In this document: positions 1 to 10,070 of the stretch, piece by piece
Position numbering within the stretch: the first letter of the stretch is position 1
Layout: every line of letters starts with the position of its first letter
From: a virus
Taxonomy: Duplodnaviria; Heunggongvirae; Uroviricota; Caudoviricetes
Length of the DNA: 41,595 bases
Strand: one strand, 5' to 3'
Virus record (IMG/VR): IMGVR_UViG_2541047952_000001
Notes under the pieces: model-generated
What the model was told of the DNA's origin: nothing
The model's database searches: none
What the model saw: the letters and a program-made list of their open reading frames with translations, nothing else
Program-made: the position numbers and the translations under genes

Positions 1-358
1 CTGCCGGGATCCCCTGACGCACCAGCATCTGCATCATGTTCTGGAAATCAGCCGTTGTACCGGGTAGCTGGTTACCCAGGCCAATAGCCAGTTTATTGAT
101 GTCCTGAAAGCTCTTTCCAACCTCGCCGTTCGCATCCATCATGGCGACTTTCAGCCCGGTGGCGGCGTTTTCCTGATCGGCATAAGATTTCAGGGAAAGC
201 GTCAGACCCGCTGCCAGTCCGCCACCAAGCGCCAGCCCACCCTGTGACGCTTCTTCCGCCTGGCGTTTAAATCCCCGGATTTTCTTTTGCATTTTCGACA
301 GCGCGGGAGAAAGCCTGTCGACACCGGTGATCAACGCCTTAAGCTCAAATTCAGCCAT
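1..358 (-). CDS. tail tape measure protein, N-terminal part (gene continues past the left window edge)
   Basis: Reverse-strand ATG at 358..356 overlaps the stop of the chaperone frameshift product (ATGGCTGA). Hand translation MAEFELKALITGVDRLSPALSKMQKKIRGF...GTTADFQNMMQMLVRQGIPA resembles tape-measure N-termini, and the gene sits directly after the tube and chaperone genes. Confidence 0.65.
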   Translation of the reverse strand, partial: MAEFELKALITGVDRLSPALSKMQKKIRGFKRQAEEASQGGLALGGGLAAGLTLSLKSYADQENAATGLKVAMMDANGEVGKSFQDINKLAIGLGNQLPGTTADFQNMMQMLVRQGIPA

Positions 359-769
359 GTGTGCGTTTCTCCTGCTCTATCCTGTTTGCCTGACTGACCA
401 GCAAGGGAATTTCACTGATCGGCATATTCAGCAATTCGAAGGGATTAATGCGCCAGTAACTGGCGCAGTCAAAGAAGCGATCAGTGAGGTATTCAGCCGT
501 CAGGCCTGGAGGAAAAAACCGGCCACAAGCCACGCCGCTGCATTCAGGTCTGCCGGAGACATCTGGTCGACAGAGCTTTGCGGCACTTTCGCCAGCCGCA
601 CGATGTATTTCGATACCACATGCGCCAGAAGTCTGACGGACTCATCCTGATTCATCTGGTAGGGATATCCCAGCTCGCGGACATCTTTCCCGGTGGGCTC
701 ATCAAACTCCAGTACGGAGAGTGTCTCGCCATGAGCGGTAATCGGTTTCTTTAACTCAAGCTCTTTCAT
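351..769 (-). CDS. tail assembly chaperone, long form by programmed -1 frameshift (G/GT-like)
   Basis: Reverse-strand heptamer T-TTT-TTC at plus 512..518 lies 3 codons before the zero-frame stop. A -1 slip joins the 500..769 frame to the 351..533 frame (continuing ...GFF then PPGLTAEYLTDRFF...), and the fusion stop overlaps the tape-measure ATG. Confidence 0.5.
500..769 (-). CDS. tail assembly chaperone, short form
   Basis: 89-aa ORF between the tube and tape-measure genes; ends ...AAWLVAGFFLQA with a slippery heptamer just before its stop. Confidence 0.6.
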   Translation of the reverse strand: MKELELKKPITAHGETLSVLEFDEPTGKDVRELGYPYQMNQDESVRLLAHVVSKYIVRLAKVPQSSVDQMSPADLNAAAWLVAGFFLQA

Positions 770-1125
770 TACTGGTAATCCCCTTCTTCACCGTGGAACT
801 CAAGATCGACCGTGCCTTCTTCGGCATTATGGTTCGCTTCGCCGTGCAGCCAGGCAGACGACAGTACATAGACCTGACCGTTTGCCAGCTCGGCAGTGAT
901 GGTCATCTCATCAGACGAGGTGATTTTGCTCACCGGAAAATTCTTCGGCACCTTGAAGGTCCCTTTGACATAAGGCGCACGGTGAGTTTCCTTGCGGTCC
1001 ACTGAACCGTCCAGGCCGATGATGTCATCATTGACCGTCCTGTTCATGGGCACCTCAATGCCGCCGGTCAGCGATAGCTGCTGACCGTCAATTTTGAAAT
1101 AACAGGTTCCCCCGATACGGGCCAT
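769..1125 (-). CDS. contractile tail tube protein (Mu gpM-like)
   Basis: 118-aa ORF directly downstream of the sheath gene with the start/stop overlap typical of a coupled sheath-tube pair; size matches Mu-type tube proteins. Confidence 0.65.
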   Translation of the reverse strand: MARIGGTCYFKIDGQQLSLTGGIEVPMNRTVNDDIIGLDGSVDRKETHRAPYVKGTFKVPKNFPVSKITSSDEMTITAELANGQVYVLSSAWLHGEANHNAEEGTVDLEFHGEEGDYQ

Positions 1126-2618
1126 TATGCAGACTCCTCTGAATACTGAAGACGGAACTGGTTAACCACGGCAAAGACACGCAACTGGTTAACATAGTCA
1201 GGCGGGAACAGCGTGTTCAGGCGGTTCGGATCGCTGGCATCACGCTCCACAACCAGGTACTGCTTAAACAGTTCGTAGTTTTCCACGATCCCCGCACGCT
1301 CAAGCTGACGGTAGGTTGCCAGCAGTTCCCCTTTGATCACCGCCGGGGTGACAATCGCCTGACCGGGACCAAAGCGGGTACCGTCACTGGCAAGCTTGTG
1401 ACGCCCGTACTTACTGGTAATGACGGATTTCAGTTTGCGCAGTACATACGCGCTGGTATGCAGTGTCTCACTGTCGAGGTAGCTGTTATCCGCAACCCCG
1501 TAAGCGTTTTTCCTGTACGTGGTGACATCACGCTGAATGCGCAGTACCCCGCTTTCGACATACGCCGTTGCCACGCCATGAGACAGCAGGGTCTGTTGTT
1601 CGGTCATCGTGAACCGTTTCCCCTTCGGCGCAGGCAGCATACCCACCAGCTCACCGGTCTGCGTGGGACGTGCCGGATCGTTGCGAATAAACACCGCTGC
1701 GCGGGCGGTACGGCTTGCCGCCAGCTCGTCGGCAGGCGTCTGGGTCTCTTTTTCGTATCCCGCCAGGGTAATGTGCTGCTGGTTAAACTGGTCACCTGCG
1801 GTCACCAGTTCTGACAGCGTGCCGATCTTTGCCGTATACACATGACCATACAGCTGACGCGCATAGCTCCAGCGACCGCTGGTATCGTTCATCTCGGTCA
1901 CCAGCGTGTTAACGGAGGCTGTGTCGTTGAACGGCAGGCCGATATAATCAAACGGCTCATCCGCCATTGCAGCCACCGCGCCGGTGAGAACAGGAGCGCC
2001 CGTTCCGGCGGTACCCGTCGCCACGGCAATCTGTACGCCCGCTGGCAGCACTTCGCCCCCACCAAAGCCGTAGTAATTGAGGCTGACAGGAATTTCATTC
2101 CCGCAAAGCCCCTTATGACGCGCGTTCAGTGTGACCACGCCTGCCGAAGATGAGGCAGTAAACGGCAGGGTCGGAACGGCATTGATGGCATCCTGGATAC
2201 TGCTGGCAATCGTCGCGACGTTATCGCCGTTGGTCACCGGTGCCTGCACGCGGGTACGTCCCACATAAACATTCACCGTGCCGGTTTCGGTTGCCGCGCC
2301 GGTCACCGTCAGCGTAACTGTTGCCGCCGCGCCCGTGGATTCAGGAACGGCAATCACATACAGTTCACCAAACGGGTCGGTCTGGCGATAAGCCTCGACC
2401 ATACGCGCCAGCTGACTTCCCGCACCACAAATCTGGCGTGCATAGTCTGCCGATGGCATCAGCACCAGACTGTTGGCAACAATCTCTGCACCGTTATTGG
2501 CATGACCAATCAGCAGCGATGCTCCGCTGTCCTGTGCAGTATTCGCCGCCTGGTTATCCATTTCCGCATAAAAAATCGGAACCAGCGTATTCGACGGAAT
2601 GGTGTTAAAGCTCGTCAT
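1125..2618 (-). CDS. contractile tail sheath protein (Mu gpL-like)
   Basis: 497-aa ORF (MTSFNTIPSNTLVPIFYAEMDNQ...), size and position typical of Mu-like sheath proteins; followed by tube, chaperone and tape measure. Confidence 0.8.
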   Translation of the reverse strand: MTSFNTIPSNTLVPIFYAEMDNQAANTAQDSGASLLIGHANNGAEIVANSLVLMPSADYARQICGAGSQLARMVEAYRQTDPFGELYVIAVPESTGAAATVTLTVTGAATETGTVNVYVGRTRVQAPVTNGDNVATIASSIQDAINAVPTLPFTASSSAGVVTLNARHKGLCGNEIPVSLNYYGFGGGEVLPAGVQIAVATGTAGTGAPVLTGAVAAMADEPFDYIGLPFNDTASVNTLVTEMNDTSGRWSYARQLYGHVYTAKIGTLSELVTAGDQFNQQHITLAGYEKETQTPADELAASRTARAAVFIRNDPARPTQTGELVGMLPAPKGKRFTMTEQQTLLSHGVATAYVESGVLRIQRDVTTYRKNAYGVADNSYLDSETLHTSAYVLRKLKSVITSKYGRHKLASDGTRFGPGQAIVTPAVIKGELLATYRQLERAGIVENYELFKQYLVVERDASDPNRLNTLFPPDYVNQLRVFAVVNQFRLQYSEESA

Positions 2619-2772
2619 CGGTATTCACCTTTTCATTCACGCGCCGGATATCACCCGCTGCTTCACGGCGCAGCCAGTAGTTGTTCTCATCAACATTTCG
2701 CCCCTCGGCGGGCAAAAGGTCTCCGCGGGCAGGGTCAGGAACTGACCGCCCTTTAACAGGTTTCACAAACAT
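2605..2772 (-). CDS. small hypothetical protein (55 aa) between tail-completion and sheath genes
   Basis: Hand-translated ORF MFVKPVKGRSVPDPARGDLLPAEGRNVDENNYWLRREAAGDIRRVNEKVNTDDEL; its stop overlaps the sheath start. Below the 60-aa cutoff of the supplied ORF track. Confidence 0.3.
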   Translation of the reverse strand: MFVKPVKGRSVPDPARGDLLPAEGRNVDENNYWLRREAAGDIRRVNEKVNTDDEL

Positions 2773-2780
2773 GAAGATTC

Positions 2781-3341
2781 TCAGGAAGGAAGGGTTATTT
2801 CGGTGTGATGTTCGATATCGCCGTCAGGCCCGTTACCGGGATCGAGATAATCAACATCAATCGCCAGCGTTCGCAGTTCATCCAGACTGTTCAGGTCATC
2901 CTGCTGGCGGGTATCGTCTTCGGTCAGCTCGCTGATGACCGAAAAATCGAACTGATAAATCAGCTCATGACGATTCAGATCCAGCAGCGTGCCGCCGTCA
3001 TAGGTAATCGGGTTACCGCACGCTTCCGGGTTCCAGCCCAGCAGAGCCTTAAAGAGCATCTGCCGGACATCGTCCACCACATCATACGAGGCAAACTGAC
3101 CGCGCTCATCACGCCCGTTACTCAGTATGACAACCACGGAGAAGCCCTCTTTCAGCTCCTGCCAGTAGTCGGTCTGGCTTTTGTTTTCTCCCGGAGAGTC
3201 ATCACCCGGTACCACATACGCCGCCGGGAGTCTCAGCTTTCCGACCTCCGGCAGATTTTTGAACTGTGCCGCGCCTGCCACCCGGTTTTCAAAATACGGG
3301 CAGCGGGCACGCAGCGCAGCAATAACAGGCGTCAGTTTCAT
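2781..3341 (-). CDS. putative tail completion / neck protein
   Basis: 186-aa ORF in the head-to-tail joining block, overlapping the upstream gene by 4 nt. Function inferred from position only. Confidence 0.5.
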   Translation of the reverse strand: MKLTPVIAALRARCPYFENRVAGAAQFKNLPEVGKLRLPAAYVVPGDDSPGENKSQTDYWQELKEGFSVVVILSNGRDERGQFASYDVVDDVRQMLFKALLGWNPEACGNPITYDGGTLLDLNRHELIYQFDFSVISELTEDDTRQQDDLNSLDELRTLAIDVDYLDPGNGPDGDIEHHTEITLPS

Positions 3342-3844
3342 CTGTGTCGTCGCTCCGGCTTCAGTGATTTACGCAATTCCCGCGCCAGAAAATAGCGTGT
3401 CCAGCTGCGGTTCTTTTCAAGCGTTTCCACCATAAAGTTATTACGTGGAGCCAGCCGCCAGCCGCTGCCACCGGATGCACCACGATGATGACTACGACGA
3501 CGTTTTGCTCCTCCCCGGACACCAAAAAACAGAAACGCCGGATAGAAGTCACCAGAGATCATCCGGTTCCCCTTCCCGTTGCGCTGGTTAGGGGCAATGC
3601 GTGTCATAAAACCGGCTCGCTTTTTACTGGCTCTCGGCACCATGTAACCAATCGAACGAGCCAGGCGTCCGGTCTGATAACCGGGGTTTTCACCCGGTAC
3701 CGACCGCGCACGGCGCATCACCAGCCGACGGGCATCACGCATATGACGCTGCCCAATCGTGACAAACGCCCGCCGGACACGGGCGCGGTTAAAGCGCATC
3801 TCCGCGGGCTGCTGAACATCAACGTGAAAAAAGGGAGTCGCCAT
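3338..3844 (-). CDS. HK97 gp10-like head-tail joining protein
   Basis: 168-aa basic ORF in the block between capsid and tail genes; tightly packed with its neighbours. Confidence 0.55.
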   Translation of the reverse strand: MATPFFHVDVQQPAEMRFNRARVRRAFVTIGQRHMRDARRLVMRRARSVPGENPGYQTGRLARSIGYMVPRASKKRAGFMTRIAPNQRNGKGNRMISGDFYPAFLFFGVRGGAKRRRSHHRGASGGSGWRLAPRNNFMVETLEKNRSWTRYFLARELRKSLKPERRHR

Positions 3845-4229
3845 TGCTGCCTCCGTGACTCTGCGTAAATTCGCCCAGTTCCGTACACTCCAGCAGCAGA
3901 AAGCGCCGCGCCCCGTTCAGATCGCGCTGACGTTTCACCCGGTACACACTGTCATCACAGACCACCTCATAATCAGCAGTGATCCCCCGGCGGTAGCGAA
4001 TGGTGATGTAATGGGTGATGGCGTCTCCGGTCTGCGCGGTTTCCTGCCAGGTGGTGGCACTGGTCTGGATAACCTTCGCCCATGCCCGGAACGCAACCGG
4101 GTATTGAGGCTCCACGCCAAAGTTATCCGCGGGCATATCCACCCGCTGGCGGATCAGGACGCGTTTATTCAGTTCGCCGGGATCCGGCAGAATGTAGGTT
4201 GCGCTGGTCTGCGCCTGACGAATTTTCAT
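3819..4229 (-). CDS. head closure / head-tail adaptor protein
   Basis: 136-aa ORF immediately downstream of the connector gene; assignment by position and size. Confidence 0.55.
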   Translation of the reverse strand: MKIRQAQTSATYILPDPGELNKRVLIRQRVDMPADNFGVEPQYPVAFRAWAKVIQTSATTWQETAQTGDAITHYITIRYRRGITADYEVVCDDSVYRVKRQRDLNGARRFLLLECTELGEFTQSHGGSNGDSLFSR

Positions 4230-4549
4230 AGTGGTATAAGGCGATAAGGAACAACCAACCAGTTAAAACTCATTGGCAACTCCATTTTCTCAACGTCTGT
4301 AACCGTTGAGCGGTTTTCGTAGAAATGGCTGACAAGTAGCAGAAGCGCCAGCTTCACATCATCAGATATCACAAGCCCATCAGGATCATCCGCAGGCCTG
4401 TCATCTGCGGTTGCATACAACTTACGGTTAAGGAAGTTTTCCGTACGACTCTGAGCGGCCTTACCAAGCAGTTCAAGCAACTCATCTTCATCAGAGAAAT
4501 CATCATCCAGACGGAGCTGAAGCTTAATCTCTTCCATTTTTAACAGCAT
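4226..4549 (-). CDS. head-tail connector protein (gp6-like)
   Basis: First gene after the capsid gene. Preferred start is the ATG at 4549 (MLLKMEEIKLQ...) preceded by AGGAGG; the ORF track starts it at 4594. Confidence 0.6.
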   Translation of the reverse strand: MLLKMEEIKLQLRLDDDFSDEDELLELLGKAAQSRTENFLNRKLYATADDRPADDPDGLVISDDVKLALLLLVSHFYENRSTVTDVEKMELPMSFNWLVVPYRLIPL

Positions 4550-4581
4550 AAAACCTCCTGTGCCCGCCAGAACGCGGGCAC

Positions 4582-4601
4582 AAAAAAACCGCATTACGCG
4601 G
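4582..4601 (-). terminator. intrinsic terminator-like hairpin after the major capsid gene
   Basis: Reverse strand reads CCGCgtaatGCGG followed by TTTTTTT, then a second perfect hairpin GTGCCCGCgttctgGCGGGCAC (4560..4581) just before the connector RBS. Confidence 0.5.
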
Positions 4602-4627
4602 CGTGCTGTATTACGTAAAAAGACTAA

Positions 4628-5857
4628 TCAACCACCAACGCTACCTTTCCCCACCAGCGCTTTAATGGCAGAGGTGTCTTCCAGGATACAGTCAAAACGA
4701 TGGAAGGCCAGAAAACCGGTCTGATCATATTCCGCGTAACGCTCAACCAGACGTTTAAGAATCATGTATCGCACACGACGGATAATGAAGCGATCAAAGT
4801 CACCACAGAACATGAATTTTTTACCCGCCCCGATATCATCAATTTCCTGATCAATGACATACGGTACATTCAACACTGAAGCAGGTGCCACACCAACAAT
4901 ATCCGGCAACCATAAAGGGCGTCCCTGACCGTCTTCCATCTCACTGATCAGTTTCAGCGTATTATCGTTAAACGCCAGGCGGAATTTCGGCCCGCGACGA
5001 TATGCAGGATCAATGCTGTGTTTCAGAGCCAGAATTTCCTGCCACTTCACCGTATTTACCGCGGCAGTCTGTGTTGTGCCGGTCACAGATGCGACCAGCC
5101 CTTTGGGTTGTTTAGGCGTACCAGCACCAGTTCCCTGAATCAGATAACGGGCTTCACCACGACCAATACGTTCAGCAATGCGACGGGCAAGATAAGCGTC
5201 CATATCGATCGCGCTGTCCTGCAGCAACTCATTAGACACACGAATGATTTTCGATGTCATTTTGAGCGCCCCAAGACTTCCCATACCGAAATCGGTGTCT
5301 TCTTCACCGGCTTCTTCATTTTCGCCCAGCAGAACACCAACTTCGGAAGTACCATCAGCTGTTGCCCACTCCATAGTGCGACCGTCAGAAGTGGTCAGAA
5401 TCTGCGCCACACTGGCGATGCCACCGTAGGATTTCATCTTCTCAACAACTTTCGCCAGGAATGTTTCTGGTACGGTATATCCGCCCTTTTCATCCTGAGC
5501 TACACCCTGGGCACGAAGTTCACGCAACGCCTTTCGTTCTTCTGATGTCAGCTCACTGGCACCGTGACGCATCCACTTATCAAAAACCTGAGCTCGTTTC
5601 TCATCCTGTTGCGAATTGTTTTCCGGATCAAGATTCTGACGCTGCTCTTCCTCATTGCTTTCAATGTACGCCTGATCCTGACGACGCAGTTCTTCTTCGC
5701 GTGCAATTCGTTCATCAAGCGCTTCCAGTTCGGATTTTGCTTTGTTCCACTCAGTGCGCTGCTCTTCCGTCCATGCGTTATCACCAATTTTTTCATTCAG
5801 GGCGCGCATGTCAGTTGCGATAGTATTACGTTTCTGTTTCAGTTCATGCAGTTTCAT
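4628..5857 (-). CDS. major capsid protein, HK97 fold, with N-terminal delta (scaffold) domain
   Basis: 409-aa ORF with a charged coiled-coil N-terminus (MKLHELKQKRNTIATDMRALNEK...EELRRQDQ) then a capsid-like body; follows the prohead protease. Confidence 0.85.
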   Translation of the reverse strand: MKLHELKQKRNTIATDMRALNEKIGDNAWTEEQRTEWNKAKSELEALDERIAREEELRRQDQAYIESNEEEQRQNLDPENNSQQDEKRAQVFDKWMRHGASELTSEERKALRELRAQGVAQDEKGGYTVPETFLAKVVEKMKSYGGIASVAQILTTSDGRTMEWATADGTSEVGVLLGENEEAGEEDTDFGMGSLGALKMTSKIIRVSNELLQDSAIDMDAYLARRIAERIGRGEARYLIQGTGAGTPKQPKGLVASVTGTTQTAAVNTVKWQEILALKHSIDPAYRRGPKFRLAFNDNTLKLISEMEDGQGRPLWLPDIVGVAPASVLNVPYVIDQEIDDIGAGKKFMFCGDFDRFIIRRVRYMILKRLVERYAEYDQTGFLAFHRFDCILEDTSAIKALVGKGSVGG

Positions 5858-5867
5858 GATGTTTCCT

Positions 5868-6470
5868 TTACGCGTTAAGAAGGGTCAGGACGCGTTCACG
5901 CGCCATACGTTGATTAATGGCTTTCTGTAGCGCGCCGCTGTTGCGCGCCTCCTGCCATGCTTTCATGGAGCGAACAGCCGAGTCAGCCTCCTGATAGGCA
6001 GGATATGTCACAGGACTGACATCCAGCAGACGGGAAAAGCGGGTTATCTCGCGAATAACAACCCCGTCCTCATCCTGATACCACTCCTCACCGTCACGGG
6101 CGACACGGAAAGCGAAAGATGACTGGTTAATATCTCCACGTTGCATCGGGGCCAGCACCAGATCACGAATGGTCTGTGTCTCCGGAGCCTGGATGTCATA
6201 GCGTAATCCGCGCTCATCAACTGAAAGATTCAGCGTGCCTGCTGCACTACGCCCAAGAATAAAATTAGGATCGTGGTTAAACAGTGCGCGTACATCATCA
6301 CCAAGCACATCGTCAAAAGCGCCGGGCCGGATGATTTCGCGGAATGAACCGAATATCAGCTCAGAACGACAGTCAAACACCGATCCATAACCGATAATGT
6401 GCGCCGGGTTATCGTCATGCCTCTCAGCACGCACCTCACCGCTGTAACAACGGATTTCACGGTCATTCAT
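5868..6470 (-). CDS. prohead protease (HK97 family)
   Basis: ORF between portal and capsid genes. Preferred start is MNDREIR at 6470, which has a GAGGGA RBS; the ORF track offers 6527. Confidence 0.75.
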   Translation of the reverse strand: MNDREIRCYSGEVRAERHDDNPAHIIGYGSVFDCRSELIFGSFREIIRPGAFDDVLGDDVRALFNHDPNFILGRSAAGTLNLSVDERGLRYDIQAPETQTIRDLVLAPMQRGDINQSSFAFRVARDGEEWYQDEDGVVIREITRFSRLLDVSPVTYPAYQEADSAVRSMKAWQEARNSGALQKAINQRMARERVLTLLNA

Positions 6471-7689
6471 TGGTTTTTCCCTCATCGTTTTTTGGGGGCT
6501 TAAAATCTCCTGCCGGGTTAGCAGCATTCACGCTTACCAGCATCTCGTCCAGCCCTTCAACCGGATTCATATCCTCGAATGCGCGGGCCTCATTACGGCT
6601 CATCCATCCATCGGTAATAGCGAAGTGATAGAATTGCGCGCGCTCCTGCGGAGTTCCGCGTAAAAGCCCCGTCAGATTGAACCTGACGTAATACCCGGCG
6701 GCTAACTCAGCGCGGGTAAACAAGCGACGGTTAAGCTCCTGCTCCCAGTTCGTCACCCACGGCATCATCGTGTAGCGGACAAACTGAATCGCCTGCGCAG
6801 AAATATTGGAGAAGGTGGCTTTTTCGAGGTCATTAATCATGTGCGCAGGAATATTGAAAATACCGGCGATCATTGAACGGTTCAGCTTCATCATGTCAAT
6901 GATCTGAGCGTCAACTGGCGACACAGTCAGTGCCTTGTAATCCAGATCGGCTGGCAGCAGCATGGTTTTGTTTTCCTGGCGGCGTAACGCCTGCGATGCC
7001 TTCTGCCACTGATCTTTAAGCCAGCCCCAGCTTTCCTTATTGAGTCCGCTTTTAACGGATACTATCCCCGCCGGACGGGCATTACCGCTGAAGAAGCTTT
7101 CTGTGTACTTCTGACCGCTCATCCCCATGCCTATTGTTTCGGCATGTTGCATAATCGGACTCAGCCCCATCTTCTGATTATTACCCAGCGCACGGATGTG
7201 GATCATATCGTCCGGACTGATCGCAAACGCCCCATATTCGTTGTACAAACCGTAGGTATATCGGCCACCAGTATTCATCAGCGTCGTTTCCCACGGCATA
7301 CAGCAATCCAGGGATATGACTTCACCGCGACGATTACGTTTCACCCAGGTATACCCATTCCCCCAGCCAAGGATGTGACGTTGCTTCAGTTCGCGCCATT
7401 TGTAGCTGGTTTGCCAGGTATTGGGCTCATCATGAACCAGATAAAACGCCGGATGATCGCGTGCGGGTTCAACCTTCCCCTTGTGCCTGCGCATAACATG
7501 CAACGGCATCTGGGCAAGGCTGGAAGACAGGACATAGATACAGGAATACACCGCAGCCAGTTTCATCGCAGTCTCAGGACTGACATAAACGTCTGCCCGG
7601 AACAGCCCATCAGTATCAACGGCATCACCGGTTATCGGGGTGGAAGGATTCTCCAGTGATTTACTTCTGAACAGAGCATCAAGCAGCAC
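6463..7689 (-). CDS. portal protein (HK97 family)
   Basis: About 408 aa, downstream of the large terminase. Preferred start is GTG at 7689 ([15 protein letters not shown]..., AGGGGG RBS); the ORF-track start at 7737 would overlap a small hydrophobic ORF. Confidence 0.8.
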   Translation of the reverse strand: MLLDALFRSKSLENPSTPITGDAVDTDGLFRADVYVSPETAMKLAAVYSCIYVLSSSLAQMPLHVMRRHKGKVEPARDHPAFYLVHDEPNTWQTSYKWRELKQRHILGWGNGYTWVKRNRRGEVISLDCCMPWETTLMNTGGRYTYGLYNEYGAFAISPDDMIHIRALGNNQKMGLSPIMQHAETIGMGMSGQKYTESFFSGNARPAGIVSVKSGLNKESWGWLKDQWQKASQALRRQENKTMLLPADLDYKALTVSPVDAQIIDMMKLNRSMIAGIFNIPAHMINDLEKATFSNISAQAIQFVRYTMMPWVTNWEQELNRRLFTRAELAAGYYVRFNLTGLLRGTPQERAQFYHFAITDGWMSRNEARAFEDMNPVEGLDEMLVSVNAANPAGDFKPPKNDEGKTNE

Positions 7690-7840
7690 GCGTCCCCCTT
7701 CTGGCCATAGCCAGTGCGCCCACCAGCAGTAAAGCACCGGACAAAATCAGAGCCGGAGCCATACCAAACTGCAGGTAAACCCCGCACGTAAGCAGGCCAA
7801 AACCAGCCAGCCCGATAACATCAGCAATTAGTGATTTCAT
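7679..7840 (-). CDS. small hydrophobic protein (53 aa) between large terminase and portal
   Basis: Hand-translated [53 protein letters not shown]. Its ATG overlaps the terminase stop (ATGA) and its stop overlaps the proposed portal GTG; two predicted hydrophobic segments. Confidence 0.3.
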   Translation of the reverse strand: MKSLIADVIGLAGFGLLTCGVYLQFGMAPALILSGALLLVGALAMARRGTRAA

Positions 7841-9570
7841 AGAATTAAGAGATCATCGTCCGGATCAAGAGATGAGAGGAAATCGTCAGGTTCTTTGAGC
7901 ATTGCCCGACCGATCGTCATAATCAGTGCAACCGCACCATCGATTTTGTTTTCCGCCTGCTCCTTGACGGGCTTCACTAAATCATCGTTACCTGGCATGT
8001 TTTTGCCGACCACATTGCCGATACACCAGGTCATGATGGGATTGCCGTCATGATGAAAGCGTCCCGATTCAATCGCTGCTTCCAGCTCTTTCATCGGATC
8101 GGACATATTGGCGAAGTTCTGGACGATAGTGACGGGATTCAGATCTTCATCAGCAAGGTCATGTGACAGCCCGGTCGCCCCGAAGGGGTCGATGGGTGAC
8201 TCACTGACCGGGCTGATTTTGTTCGCCGCTTTGGCCTCCTCGAGGATGTAGCGATAATCCACCTCTGCACCATCGGTAACGGTCAGGACGCCCATTTCCA
8301 CCCATTTCTGAAAGCGTTCGGCTGTCCGTCTATCTTCATTTTTCTCGACGCTGTACACCGTGTCATACGGTACCCAGAAGCGCGGGGCCACACTGTAGTA
8401 ATGCGTTTTACCGTCAATCTCGCGGGTATAAAGTCGCGCCATGCTGTTCATATCCAGCTTACGCGCCAGGTCAAAGGCCAGAATGCACGGCTGCCCCTCG
8501 AACTGCTCAAGGGTCAGTGATTTATCCTCGCAGCTCTGCCAGCTCACCAGGTTGAAATACGCCGAACGCGCCGACACCCAGATATTGAGGTGTTTTGTTT
8601 TAAAGACGTTTGCCAGACGGGCGTTATTTTTCGCACGCTGCTGCTGACTTAACAAAAATTCGCGATAAACCGACACGCCAATATTTGGATTGGCTTTTTC
8701 CAGCACCTGCGGGTCGGTCCAGTCGTCACCTTCATCAACGGTATAGATGATCCCGAACAGTTCATCGTTAGGCACCGAGCCGTTGAGCATCTCGATGACT
8801 TCCCGCCGCTTGTCGTAGCACGGCCCCTCAATGTTGTACCCGGCGGTGGTGATGGCCCACATCAGTGGCTGACGTCGCGCCCCCATCCCGGTAAGCATTG
8901 TGGTATAAAGCGCATCGGTGGCATGCTCGTGATATTCATCAACCACGGCACAGTGGGGCGATGAACCATCACCTGGGTTGCCGATCAGCGGTTCAAACCG
9001 CGCGCCATCCTCCGGACGGTTCATGTTTGAGGCGTTAACCTCAATCCCGAACGCTTCCGTCAGCATGGGTGTGCGTTTACACATCAGTCGTGCCGGACGA
9101 AAGACTTCCCATGCCTGTTTCTCCGTCGTGGCACCGGAATACACTTCCGCGCCGAACTCGTTATCACAGGCAAAACAATACAGGGCAACACCGGCAGAGA
9201 TTGCCGATTTGCCGTTCTTACGGGGGATTTCGGTATACACCTCCCGGAAGCGGCGCAGCCGGGAGCCTTTATTGACCCAGCCAAACGCGCAGCAGATCAC
9301 AAAGAGCTGCCACGGCTCCAGCGTGATGGGCATCCGTTTGAATGCCCACTCACCCTTGGTGTGCGGCAACAGCTGAATAAATTTCGCGGCCCGTTCAGCC
9401 TGGTCCTTGTCGAAGCGGTAACGAAACGACTTACTTTTTTCCGCCATCAGGTCATCAAGATGGCGCTGGCAGGCCTGAATCACAAACTGGCAGGCCACAA
9501 TCTTTCCGCGCACGACATCACGGGCATACTGATTGGCAGCATTTACGTTGGGGTAAGATTTCCGGCTCAT
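7837..9570 (-). CDS. terminase large subunit
   Basis: 577-aa ORF ([23 protein letters not shown]...) downstream of the small terminase with an ATGA overlap. Confidence 0.9.
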   Translation of the reverse strand: MSRKSYPNVNAANQYARDVVRGKIVACQFVIQACQRHLDDLMAEKSKSFRYRFDKDQAERAAKFIQLLPHTKGEWAFKRMPITLEPWQLFVICCAFGWVNKGSRLRRFREVYTEIPRKNGKSAISAGVALYCFACDNEFGAEVYSGATTEKQAWEVFRPARLMCKRTPMLTEAFGIEVNASNMNRPEDGARFEPLIGNPGDGSSPHCAVVDEYHEHATDALYTTMLTGMGARRQPLMWAITTAGYNIEGPCYDKRREVIEMLNGSVPNDELFGIIYTVDEGDDWTDPQVLEKANPNIGVSVYREFLLSQQQRAKNNARLANVFKTKHLNIWVSARSAYFNLVSWQSCEDKSLTLEQFEGQPCILAFDLARKLDMNSMARLYTREIDGKTHYYSVAPRFWVPYDTVYSVEKNEDRRTAERFQKWVEMGVLTVTDGAEVDYRYILEEAKAANKISPVSESPIDPFGATGLSHDLADEDLNPVTIVQNFANMSDPMKELEAAIESGRFHHDGNPIMTWCIGNVVGKNMPGNDDLVKPVKEQAENKIDGAVALIMTIGRAMLKEPDDFLSSLDPDDDLLIL

Positions 9571-10061
9571 GATTCGATGATTTTCAGAAACGGGTTAGTG
9601 GCTTTCTTCTGCCCCGCCAGGCCAATCAGACGCTGGCGGCTGCTGGGGTCGAGTCCGAGCATTGCCCCCGTGCTGCTCATCTCGGACTCCTGTTCTTTCT
9701 TGGCGGTCAGCTCCGGATTTTTGACCATGCCACCCATTGCACCGGTGATGGTGTTGCCCTGTCTGGCAATATTTTTCACGGCACGTCGCCAGAACTCATA
9801 GGCCACGCACCACCGCTCAAGTACCGCCAGGTCAGTCACGCACAGCAGGCCCTGACCGCAGAGTTCTTTGGTTGTCAGTTGCCACATGATCGTGGCGAGA
9901 GGGAGATCTTCTTCAGCGAACCACTCCGGTGGCTCAACACCTTTGATGGGCGTAAAAACAGGTTCATCTTTATTCAGGGCTCGCTTGCCGGGGTTTCCGG
10001 CCAGCGCCTTGCGCGCCGTTGGCTTGGGGCGACGCCCGGAACGCCCCGCCGTTCCAGCCAT
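9567..10061 (-). CDS. terminase small subunit (P27-family-like)
   Basis: Preferred start is ATG at 10061 ([18 protein letters not shown]...) with an AGGAG RBS; the ORF-track start at 10070 is a GTG. Basic N-terminus typical of small terminases. Confidence 0.75.
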   Translation of the reverse strand: MAGTAGRSGRRPKPTARKALAGNPGKRALNKDEPVFTPIKGVEPPEWFAEEDLPLATIMWQLTTKELCGQGLLCVTDLAVLERWCVAYEFWRRAVKNIARQGNTITGAMGGMVKNPELTAKKEQESEMSSTGAMLGLDPSSRQRLIGLAGQKKATNPFLKIIES

Positions 10062-10070
10062 ATGCGGCAC

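Noticed and set aside
327-650. 107-aa plus-strand ORF
   Set aside because: Antisense to the chaperone frameshift region and the tape-measure start; no RBS and no protein-like features, while the reverse strand carries coupled tail genes.
1398-2153. Several 60-140 aa ORFs on both strands inside the sheath gene
   Set aside because: Fully contained within the 497-aa sheath coding region, which has the coherent protein-like translation; these are alternative-frame artefacts.
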